From: Myxococcota bacterium
GTDB lineage: Bacteria; Myxococcota_C; UBA6777
NCBI GenBank assembly: GCA_023150835.1
Contig: JAKLKB010000138.1
Coordinates: 1 to 35,105 of the forward strand
Length of the DNA stretch: 35,105 bases
Reading direction: 5' to 3'
Of this stretch, positions 27,535 through 35,105 are shown one piece after another. Numbering within the stretch: position 1 is the stretch's first letter; each line of letters opens with the position of its first letter. The translations under genes were made by a program, and so were the position numbers. Under the pieces are notes generated by a model, which did no database searches, was not told where the DNA came from, and was given only the letters and a program-made list of their open reading frames with translations.

Positions 27535-29721
27535 CTAGGCATGCGAGCTTTTGGATGGCTTCTTCGCAGGGCGTTCTGCCTTGGATTTTTTGGTCCCCAA
27601 AGGAGCAGAAAGTTCGTCTGAGGGTGAGACGCTTGTCAACGCAGCCTCTGTCGTGCCGGATATCCCGTTCTTTTTTGCTTTGTTGTTTGGTGTCTCGTTG
27701 TCTTCTGGCTTGTTGTTTGGTGTCCCATTGTCTTCAAGCTTGCGGGCTGATGTTGTGTTCTTTTCTGGCTTGTTGCTCGCTGTCCCGTTCTTTTGTGGTT
27801 TGCTGCTTGGTGGGGGTTGGGTGGGAGTGGTGTGAGCATGGCGGATGCGTTGCACAGAAGCATCGATATCGGGAGTGGTTTGGCCGAGGTGGGCTTGATG
27901 AATCAAGCGGCGAGCATGTGCAAGGCTTTCGTCTGTGATCTCCGCCCCACCGAGCATTCGTGCGATCTCTAGTTCGCGTTGTGCTTGGGTCAATTGAGAG
28001 ATCGTCGAATGTGTGCGCCCGTCTTCTTCGGTCTTGAGGATCTGATAATGCGCGTCTGAAAAACAAGCGATCTGCGGCAGATGGGTGATGCAAAAGACTT
28101 GGCGTTTCGCGGCGATCCGTTTGATCTTTTCACCGATGATCGTGGCCGTAAATCCACCGATTCCGGCGTCGACTTCATCAAAGACGCACGTTGGGACAGG
28201 TTCTCTCTCCGTCAAGATCTGCTTGAGAGCGAGCATGATCCGGCTCAACTCGCCACCGCTGGCTGTGCGATGAAGTGGTCGGGGTTCTTCTCCCGGGTTG
28301 CTCGAAAGAAGGAATTGCACAAAGTCCATCCCCACAGGACCCACCAACGTCTTGGCCGCCTGTTTTGCCGCCGCCACTTCGGGACTCACGGCCTGTTTTG
28401 CCGTCGCCACTTCGGGACTCACGACCTGCTTTGCCGTCGTCGATTCAGCCTTTGCGGTCTGTTTTGCGGATTCTTCGTTCATTTCATCCGATGCACCGAG
28501 TGTTCCGTCGTCTTCTTCGTTAAACAAAGAGCGAAAGTCCACCACGAATCGGGCTTTTTTCATCCCCAAAGAAGCCAGTTCGGCCTCGACTTCACGGGCC
28601 AACACCAGCGCAGCTTCACGGCGACGTTGGCTCAAAGCGAGAGCGGCTTTTTGCAGCTCTTTGGTGCGCCGCTCGCAACACTTTTCAAGCTCGATCAGAC
28701 GGGCTTCTTGGGCCCGCAGATTGTGCAACTCTTCGATGTAGCCATCGCGGCGTTTCAAAAGCTGTTCGAGGCTTTGGACATGGTGTTTGCGTTTGAGATC
28801 CCGCAACAATTCAAGCTGTTCTTCGATCTCTTGGAGGCGCTGCGGATCGACCTCCGCATTTGCGACAAAACCGCGCAACGATCGGGCCACATCGTCGATC
28901 ATCACTTGGGCTTCCGAAAGTCCTTGCACCGCTGTGGCGAGATCAGGTGACAGGTCAGACCAATTTCCCAGCTTCGCTTCGAGGCGTCCGAGAACTTCCA
29001 TGATGGAGCGCTGGCCTGAATAAAGCGTGGCCTCCCCTTCTTGGCCGGCTTCGAGCATTTTTTCGAGCTGCAACAAGTAGCGCCGTTCGTCTTCGAGCTT
29101 GGTTTCGTCCACATCAAGGGGCGCGTTGTCCAGTTCGTTGAGTTGATAGAGCAGATATTCTTCTCGGCGCGCCCGAGACTGCGCGTCTCCACCGAGGCGT
29201 TCAAGCTCCTTGCGCTCGCGTTGTGCTTGCCGGTATATCTCGCTCACTTGCTCGCGCATATCGTACAAATGGCCGAACGCATCAAGCAGATCGAGATGAT
29301 AACGTGGCTGCATCAAGTGATGATTCGAGTGTTGACCGCTGATCTCAACCAACAACTCCCCTAGCTCGCGCAAAAAAGACACGGTGACAGGGCGATCGTT
29401 GACATAAGCCCGTGAACGGCCATTTTGGGACACCAAACGACGAAGCAACAACTCGTCTTCCCCACGCAATCCCGCAGACGCCAGCTTTTCACGCACCATC
29501 GGTAGCGATTCAAGCGAAAACATCGCCGAAACCTCCGCCTCTTCTGAGCCTGTCCGCACAACGTCCGAAGATGCCCGCTCCCCCAGCGCCAACAACAACG
29601 CATCGATCAAGATCGATTTGCCCGCCCCCGTCTCGCCTGTAAAAACATTGAGCCCTTCTTGAAAAGAGATCGACGCCTCATCAATAATCACTACATTCCG
29701 AATCTGAAGATGCAACAACAT
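27535..29721 (-). CDS. recN: DNA repair protein RecN with an internal repeat insertion and a low-complexity C-terminal tail
   Basis: FTGETGAGKS, GRSRAYVN, SGQH, NPGE, ASGGELSR, FDEVDAG, ITHLPQIA and EIARML. Confidence 0.95.
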   Translation of the reverse strand: MLLHLQIRNVVIIDEASISFQEGLNVFTGETGAGKSILIDALLLALGERASSDVVRTGSEEAEVSAMFSLESLPMVREKLASAGLRGEDELLLRRLVSQNGRSRAYVNDRPVTVSFLRELGELLVEISGQHSNHHLMQPRYHLDLLDAFGHLYDMREQVSEIYRQAQRERKELERLGGDAQSRARREEYLLYQLNELDNAPLDVDETKLEDERRYLLQLEKMLEAGQEGEATLYSGQRSIMEVLGRLEAKLGNWSDLSPDLATAVQGLSEAQVMIDDVARSLRGFVANAEVDPQRLQEIEEQLELLRDLKRKHHVQSLEQLLKRRDGYIEELHNLRAQEARLIELEKCCERRTKELQKAALALSQRRREAALVLAREVEAELASLGMKKARFVVDFRSLFNEEDDGTLGASDEMNEESAKQTAKAESTTAKQVVSPEVATAKQAVSPEVAAAKQAAKTLVGPVGMDFVQFLLSSNPGEEPRPLHRTASGGELSRIMLALKQILTEREPVPTCVFDEVDAGIGGFTATIIGEKIKRIAAKRQVFCITHLPQIACFSDAHYQILKTEEDGRTHSTISQLTQAQRELEIARMLGGAEITDESLAHARRLIHQAHLGQTTPDIDASVQRIRHAHTTPTQPPPSSKPQKNGTASNKPEKNTTSARKLEDNGTPNNKPEDNETPNNKAKKNGISGTTEAALTSVSPSDELSAPLGTKKSKAERPAKKPSKSSHA

Positions 29722-29751
29722 CGCGACTTTTTACCACCCCGCTCGATCATC

Positions 29752-30909
29752 TCAAATACCCATTCCACGACCGATGATCTCTTTCATAATCTCGGTCGTT
29801 CCGGCATAGATCGTTTGCACACGCGCATCCAAATACGCTTTCGAGATCGGATATTCTTCCATATAACCGTAGCCTCCGAAAAATTGCAGACAACGATCTG
29901 TGTTGCGCTTTAACATCTCTGAACACCACCACTTCGCCATACTCGCTTCGACCGCCAACATCTCTGCGCCTTGCTCGACCACTTCTTCGATCAAGCGATC
30001 CACAAACACCTGCCCAAGCTCTAGTTCTGTCGCCACTTCGGCCAAAACAAAGCGCGTATTTTGAAAGCGGCTGATCGGGCGACCAAAGGCTTCGCGCTCT
30101 TGGGTGTATTGGATCGTCATCTCCAACACCGCACGCGCCCCTGCCATCGACGCGATCGCCACCACCAAGCGCTCTTGGGCAAGCTTCTGCATCATGTAAT
30201 AAAAGCCCATCCCTTCGTCTCCCAGAAGGTTCGCTTTCGGCACCCGGCAATCTTCAAAGTGCATCTCTGCCGTGTCTTGGGCCTTCATCCCAATTTTTTT
30301 CAAACGACGGCCACGCTGAAATCCTTCAAAACCCGATTCAACAAGCAACAACGACACCCCCGCATGTGGGGGATCGGCCTGCGGGTTGGTCTTGGCCGCA
30401 ACGATCACCAGATCTGCAAGGTGGCCATTCGAGATAAACGTCTTTGATCCATTCAACACATAGTGATCGCCCTGATCGATCGCTGTCGTCTGAATCGCCG
30501 CAACATCCGAGCCTGTGTTCGGCTCTGTCATCGCCAACGCAAGGATCAACTCCCCCGAGGCCGCTTTCGGTAGATAACGCTTCTTTTGCTCTTCGCTCCC
30601 AAATGCCGCAATATAGGGCGCAACGATATCGCTGTGCAGCGTAAACGCCACCCCCGAAGCCCCCGCAGACGACAGCTCTTCGGCCACCACCACCGACGAC
30701 AAAAAGTCCGCCCCCGGCCCACCGTATACTTCGCCCAACCAAGGACACAAAAAGCCCAGTCCTCCCGCCTTCTTCCAGATCTCACGTGGCACGATCCCCG
30801 CTTCTTCCCATGCTGGATGATGCGGCGTGATCTCCCGCTCAACAAAGGCTTTTACACTACGGCGAAACATCTCGTGTTCTTCTTGAAAGATCTTGCGCTT
30901 TAGGGCCAT
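29752..30909 (-). CDS. Acyl-CoA dehydrogenase
   Basis: AMTEPNTGSD, LNGSKTFISNG, QERL, REAFG, GGYGYMEEY and IYAGTTEIMK. Confidence 0.95.
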   Translation of the reverse strand: MALKRKIFQEEHEMFRRSVKAFVEREITPHHPAWEEAGIVPREIWKKAGGLGFLCPWLGEVYGGPGADFLSSVVVAEELSSAGASGVAFTLHSDIVAPYIAAFGSEEQKKRYLPKAASGELILALAMTEPNTGSDVAAIQTTAIDQGDHYVLNGSKTFISNGHLADLVIVAAKTNPQADPPHAGVSLLLVESGFEGFQRGRRLKKIGMKAQDTAEMHFEDCRVPKANLLGDEGMGFYYMMQKLAQERLVVAIASMAGARAVLEMTIQYTQEREAFGRPISRFQNTRFVLAEVATELELGQVFVDRLIEEVVEQGAEMLAVEASMAKWWCSEMLKRNTDRCLQFFGGYGYMEEYPISKAYLDARVQTIYAGTTEIMKEIIGRGMGI

Positions 30910-30929
30910 CTTGCACCTCTAGGTTGCGG

Positions 30930-31736
30930 CTAATACTTGGGTTTTCGTTTTTCCATAAAGGCTTGGAAGGCCTCGAACAACTCGGGGCTTGGCATGATCA
31001 TACTGTTGCGTACTGCAGCGTAATGCAGACCTTCTTCGACGCCCATCTCTCGGGCATAATTCAACGTCTCTTTGCTAGATTGCACCGCCAGCGGGGATTG
31101 TGCGGCGATCTGTTGGGCCATCGCACGAGCGCCCTCAAGTAAAGCCGATGGATCGGCAAAAACATGGTTGACAAGCCTCATCTGAAGGGCTTCTTGGGCG
31201 CTGACATCACGCGCTGTAAAGGCCAACTCACGTGTTAAACCATGCCCGATAATCAAGGGCAGCCGTTGAAGCGATCCAAGATCCGCCGTCATCGCCATCG
31301 CTGCTTCGCGCAACGAAAACGAAGCCTCTTGGCTTGCGAGGCGGATATCGCACGCTGCGATCAGATCGAGTCCACCGCCCACACACGCCCCATGAATCGC
31401 CGCAATGACGGGCTTTCGACAACGCTCGATCCATGTAAATGACTCCTGCCAATCTCGCACGTAGGTCGCAAAGTCCACACGATTCGCTGCTGTCTGATCG
31501 GCCAGATCCAACACCGGGATCGATGTCGTCGCCGTCAGATCGAGTCCCGCACAAAAAGACTTGCCCTTACCCGCTACGATGATCGCACGCACGCTGCGAT
31601 CGCGATCCAACGCACGAAAGGTATCCACACAAGCCGCCCAAAAATCGGGCTCTAACGCATTGCGTTTTTCAGGGCGATTGAGATACACCCACGCAACATA
31701 CTCTTCACGTTCTACCAACAAACCATCGTAGGCCAT
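30930..31736 (-). CDS. Crotonase/enoyl-CoA hydratase family (delta3,5-delta2,4-dienoyl-CoA isomerase-like)
   Basis: LNRPEKRNA, FCAGLDL, KPVIAAIHGACVGGG, ACDIR and ADLGSLQRL. AGGAGG RBS at ATG 31736. Confidence 0.9.
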   Translation of the reverse strand: MAYDGLLVEREEYVAWVYLNRPEKRNALEPDFWAACVDTFRALDRDRSVRAIIVAGKGKSFCAGLDLTATTSIPVLDLADQTAANRVDFATYVRDWQESFTWIERCRKPVIAAIHGACVGGGLDLIAACDIRLASQEASFSLREAAMAMTADLGSLQRLPLIIGHGLTRELAFTARDVSAQEALQMRLVNHVFADPSALLEGARAMAQQIAAQSPLAVQSSKETLNYAREMGVEEGLHYAAVRNSMIMPSPELFEAFQAFMEKRKPKY

Positions 31737-31874
31737 CGCAGCCTCCTTTGCCAAAGGTACAAGCACAACCCAACAAACGCCCTCTTCCATCGCAGACCAA
31801 AGCGCCAGCGATCACAGCAAACCAAGCAAGATGCGGAGGATACCAGATCCGCCCGTTGTGTGATCGTAAGAGCG

Positions 31875-31995
31875 GTAGGGGCAGCCCCTCTGGCTGCCCT
31901 TGCAGGGGTACAAATTGTTCTACCCTCACCCCTGCCCTTCGGGCATCCCCTCTCCCTGCGATGCTCGCAAAACCTCGCCGCAAGGCGAGGGGAAA
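31875..31995 (+). repeat. Cluster of REP-like hairpins
   Basis: GTAGGGGCAGCC-CCTCT-GGCTGCCC, TGCCC-TTC-GGGCA and CCTCGCC-GCAA-GGCGAGG. Confidence 0.6.
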
Positions 31996-32021
31996 GCACA
32001 GGAAAATCGGATATCGGATGA

Positions 32022-32834
32022 TTACAGCGAAGCGATGGGGCTTGTGCTTTCGGATTCGACTTCACGCGCCAGTTTGGCGATGATCTCGTCTGCAAGTTGC
32101 AGATAAGCCAAAGATGCGGGAGACAGAGGGTTTTCAAAAACAGCGGGGTGTCCTTGGATAAAGGCTTTGGAAAAGTCTTCGCGGCGGGGGATGATGGTTT
32201 CAAAGACCAGTTCGCGAGGAAAGTTTCGCCAAACTTGTTCCGTCACTTGCTCGGTAAATCCGTAGCGAACGTCGTACATCGTCAACAAGACCCCTTCGAT
32301 ACCCAACGCAGGATTGACCTTGCTTTTGACTTCGCGTACAAGCCGCAAGATCTGTGGTAAGGTGCGCAGCGCCAACGGCTCACATTGCAACGGGATCACC
32401 ACAGAATCCGCACAGTTCATCGCGCTAACCGACAGGGAGTTTTCCCCGGGCGGTGTATCAAACAAGATGATATCGCACAGATCGCGGATGCCCATCACAG
32501 CCCGGCGTAACAGGCTGAGCCGCTTGCCAAGATTATGAAAACGATCGATCTCGGCCACGTTGTTAAAATTTCCGGCTGGAATGAAGCGGAGATAAGGACT
32601 CTCCGTCGAAAGCAGCAGATCGCGGATGCCGACTTTGTCTTGCAACAGATCGGCCACTCCGTATTCGTAGTCACTGGGCTTAAAACCGAGACCAAAGGCC
32701 GATCCACCTTGTGGATCGAGGTCGATGATCAGAGTTCGCAACTTGCGAACAGCAAATGCCGCTCCCAAGTTGAGCGTTGTCGTTGTTTTGCCAGAACCGC
32801 CTTTTTGACTCACGATGGCGAACGTCTTACCCAT
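32022..32834 (-). CDS. ParA/Soj family ATPase (orphan, no adjacent parB)
   Basis: Deviant Walker A QKGGSGKTT, DLDPQG, DTPP, IPLQCE, LTMYD and IPR. Confidence 0.9.
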   Translation of the reverse strand: MGKTFAIVSQKGGSGKTTTTLNLGAAFAVRKLRTLIIDLDPQGGSAFGLGFKPSDYEYGVADLLQDKVGIRDLLLSTESPYLRFIPAGNFNNVAEIDRFHNLGKRLSLLRRAVMGIRDLCDIILFDTPPGENSLSVSAMNCADSVVIPLQCEPLALRTLPQILRLVREVKSKVNPALGIEGVLLTMYDVRYGFTEQVTEQVWRNFPRELVFETIIPRREDFSKAFIQGHPAVFENPLSPASLAYLQLADEIIAKLAREVESESTSPIASL

Positions 32835-33048
32835 AATCGTCCTCTACACTCGGCTTTGCTTGCAGTCTTCTAGTCGTTTGCTACGACATAGCGGGAATAA
32901 TGATTCACAAAAGAACTTCACACGAAGAGGATCCTGTGGACGCAACCACCCACATAGCACGCTCGTTCCTGTTCTGTAAAGCACCTTACCTTTTATCGCT
33001 AGGACGGCAATGTTTGGAGAATCAAGGATAGAAAGGAATCGGAAATCC

Positions 33049-34248
33049 ATGCGTCTTTCGCCCCGCATCAAGGAGCTTCAGCCCTCCCCCACGCTCTCTT
33101 TGCGACAACGTGTCCAAGAACTGACTGGGAAAGGACACACCATCCTCGACATGAGCCTCGGGGAACCCGACTTGCCGATGCCACGCGTCTTGCGTGAGGC
33201 CGCCAAACAAGCGATCGATGAAGGTTGGACCCGCTATACACCTGTCGCGGGCATCCATGCGTTGCGCGAGAAGTTGGCAGAACATCTCAACCAACGCAAG
33301 GGGACACACTACAAAGCCAGCGATATCATCGTCTCTGGCGGCGCAAAACAGTGCCTCGCCCAAGCCATTTACAGCTTGATCGCCCCCACAGACGAAGTGC
33401 TCTTGCTCGCTCCCTACTGGCCTTCTTATGTAACGCAGATCCAATTGGCCGGTGGTCGGGCCGTCAGCGTCCCAACCCGCGCTCAAGACGGCTATCAGCC
33501 TGATCTCGACAAGATCCAAAAGGCCATCACTCCGCGTACTCGGATGTTGATCCTCAACAGCCCCAACAACCCCACAGGTGCGGTGTATAGCCGAGCCACC
33601 CTCGAAGCCATCGCCGAGATCGCCCTCGAACGCGATCTTTGGTTGCTTTCGGACGAGATCTACGAGCGTCTGACTTACCTCGACACTCCGCCCTTTTCTC
33701 CTGCCGAGATATCCCCCGAAGTCTGCGCTCGGACCATCTTGGTCAATGGGTTTTCCAAGTCCTGTGCGATGGCGGGTTGGCGACTTGGCTACATGGCCGC
33801 CCCCAAGCCCTTGATCGAAGCCTGCGAAACCCTCCAAGGCGCTTGGACTTCCAACACCAATTCCATCGCGCAACGCACCGCGCTTGCTGCATTGGATCTC
33901 GGACAGGGCTTTTTTGACGATCTGCGCGGTGTATTCGCGCAACGCGCACACTGCATCCAAGCTGGACTCAGCGCCATCCCCAACCTCACCGTCCCTGCAC
34001 CCCAAGGGGCCTTTTATGTCCTTCCCGACTTCAAGGCTTACTTTGGCCGTCGTACCCCCCAAGGCAGCTACATCACTTCGAGCCACCAGATGGCCGAATA
34101 CCTGCTCATGGAAGCCAAAGTCGCCACCGTCCCAGGCGAACCCTTCGAGGCCCCTACTTGTCTGCGCCTCGCTTACGCCACCGACACCCAGATCATCGAA
34201 CAAGCCGTCGAACAGATCAAACACGCGCTTGCAAAACTCGACGAATAG
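33049..34248 (+). CDS. PLP-dependent aminotransferase class I/II (aspartate aminotransferase-like)
   Basis: GEPD, GAKQ, PYWPSY, NSPNNPTG, SDEIY and GFSKSCAMAGWRLGY (PLP Lys). Confidence 0.95.
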   Translation: MRLSPRIKELQPSPTLSLRQRVQELTGKGHTILDMSLGEPDLPMPRVLREAAKQAIDEGWTRYTPVAGIHALREKLAEHLNQRKGTHYKASDIIVSGGAKQCLAQAIYSLIAPTDEVLLLAPYWPSYVTQIQLAGGRAVSVPTRAQDGYQPDLDKIQKAITPRTRMLILNSPNNPTGAVYSRATLEAIAEIALERDLWLLSDEIYERLTYLDTPPFSPAEISPEVCARTILVNGFSKSCAMAGWRLGYMAAPKPLIEACETLQGAWTSNTNSIAQRTALAALDLGQGFFDDLRGVFAQRAHCIQAGLSAIPNLTVPAPQGAFYVLPDFKAYFGRRTPQGSYITSSHQMAEYLLMEAKVATVPGEPFEAPTCLRLAYATDTQIIEQAVEQIKHALAKLDE

Positions 34249-34257
34249 GAGCTTCTG

Positions 34258-34827
34258 GTGCAGATCATCTCTGGAAAATACGCTCGTCACAAGCTGATCC
34301 CCCCCAAAGGACGCGATGTCACGCGCCCTCCCCTCTCCCGCTTCCGCAAGGCCGTCTTTGATACTCTCCTGCCTTTTTTGCCTCGCGGAGCTTATCTCGA
34401 TCCATTCGGTGGAACGGGTTCTTTTGCTATCGAAGCCTTGAGCCGAGGCGCATCCAGCGCAACCATCATCGAGATGGATCGCATCGCACTCGACACCATC
34501 CGCGCCAACCTCGACCACATCGGCGTTGAAGAACCCGTCGACCTCCGCCTTGGCGATGCCCTCCAAGTCATCCCCAAACTCGCCCAACTCGGCCAATCCT
34601 TCGCGATCATCGGCCTCGCTCCCCCTTACAACAAAGGACTTGAAACCTCCAGCCTTTTGCTTGTCGATCAGTTCCCTCAACTTCTCCAAGAAGACGGCAT
34701 CCTCTTTGTCCAACACCCCAACAAAGAAACCCTCCCCCCATCCCTTCAACATTTTTCTTTCTGGAAATCCCGTCGCTACGGAAATACCACATTTTCCTAC
34801 TTCACCCGAAACGACCCCACCGAATAA
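34258..34827 (+). CDS. rsmD: RsmD-like 16S rRNA m2G966 methyltransferase
   Basis: IISG, TRP, LDPFGGTGSFAIEALSRGA, APPY in place of DPPY, and RRYGNT. GTG start after AGGAG. Confidence 0.8.
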   Translation: MQIISGKYARHKLIPPKGRDVTRPPLSRFRKAVFDTLLPFLPRGAYLDPFGGTGSFAIEALSRGASSATIIEMDRIALDTIRANLDHIGVEEPVDLRLGDALQVIPKLAQLGQSFAIIGLAPPYNKGLETSSLLLVDQFPQLLQEDGILFVQHPNKETLPPSLQHFSFWKSRRYGNTTFSYFTRNDPTE

Positions 34828-34858
34828 TACCAAATCCGCCCGTCGTGTTCGCCCACAT

Positions 34859-35053
34859 GTAGGCGCAGCCCCCATAGGCGTTAGGTGAAGCGGAGGAAAG
34901 CCCCCCACCCCGCCCTCCCCCGTGAACAGGGGAGGGAGCGAAAGTCGGAAGCCTCGGGGATTTTATTTTTTCATGACGCACGCTGTATGCACGAAATGCA
35001 GACGCTGCCCGTTCCAACTTCCCCCCGTTGGCCGGGGGGATTGAGGGGGGGAG
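34859..35053. repeat. REP-like hairpins: a GTAG-type remnant plus an inverted pair of C-run/G-run stems
   Basis: GTAGGCGCAGCCCC; CCCTCCCC-CGTGAACA-GGGGAGGG; and on the minus strand CCCCCTCAATCCCCCC-GGCCAAC-GGGGGGAA. Confidence 0.55.
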
Positions 35054-35105
35054 AAAAAAAAGGCGATCAAGACCGACTCTACGAGGTTTCCACCTTAACA
35101 AGGCG

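Noticed and set aside
33022..34908. 628-aa minus-strand ORF
   Set aside because: Antisense shadow of the aminotransferase and rsmD genes with no recognisable motifs.

Overview
Bacterial chromosomal window, probably from a Myxococcota-like organism. This is inferred from MYXO-CTERM-like sorting tails, an MXAN_5187-like protein, Cys-rich lipoproteins and a Hanks kinase. It opens with what looks like the highly structured right end (omegaRNA scaffold) of an IS200/IS605-type element inserted in the P-loop of an acyl-CoA synthetase gene. Next come a dienelactone hydrolase, a minus-strand ung-topoIIA(A)-topoIIA(B)-cdd block and an ADP-ribosylglycohydrolase. The topoisomerase genes are in A-before-B order, lack a GyrA-box and are bracketed by an inverted pair of covarying hairpin elements. 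The centre (9.4-27.3 kb) is a cell-surface cluster: three paralogous VWA + Cys-rich-repeat + MYXO-CTERM-like proteins, a kelch-like/FGE-sulfatase lipoprotein, a TPR membrane protein, a membrane Ser/Thr kinase and an orphan BMP lipoprotein. The right part is housekeeping: recN with repeat insertions, acyl-CoA dehydrogenase, crotonase, orphan ParA, aminotransferase and an RsmD-like methylase. Short tandem or direct duplications recur just downstream of stop codons, and REP-like hairpins are scattered through intergenic DNA. No rRNA, tRNA, CRISPR array or intact transposase was seen. All calls rest on motif recognition by eye; no searches were run.
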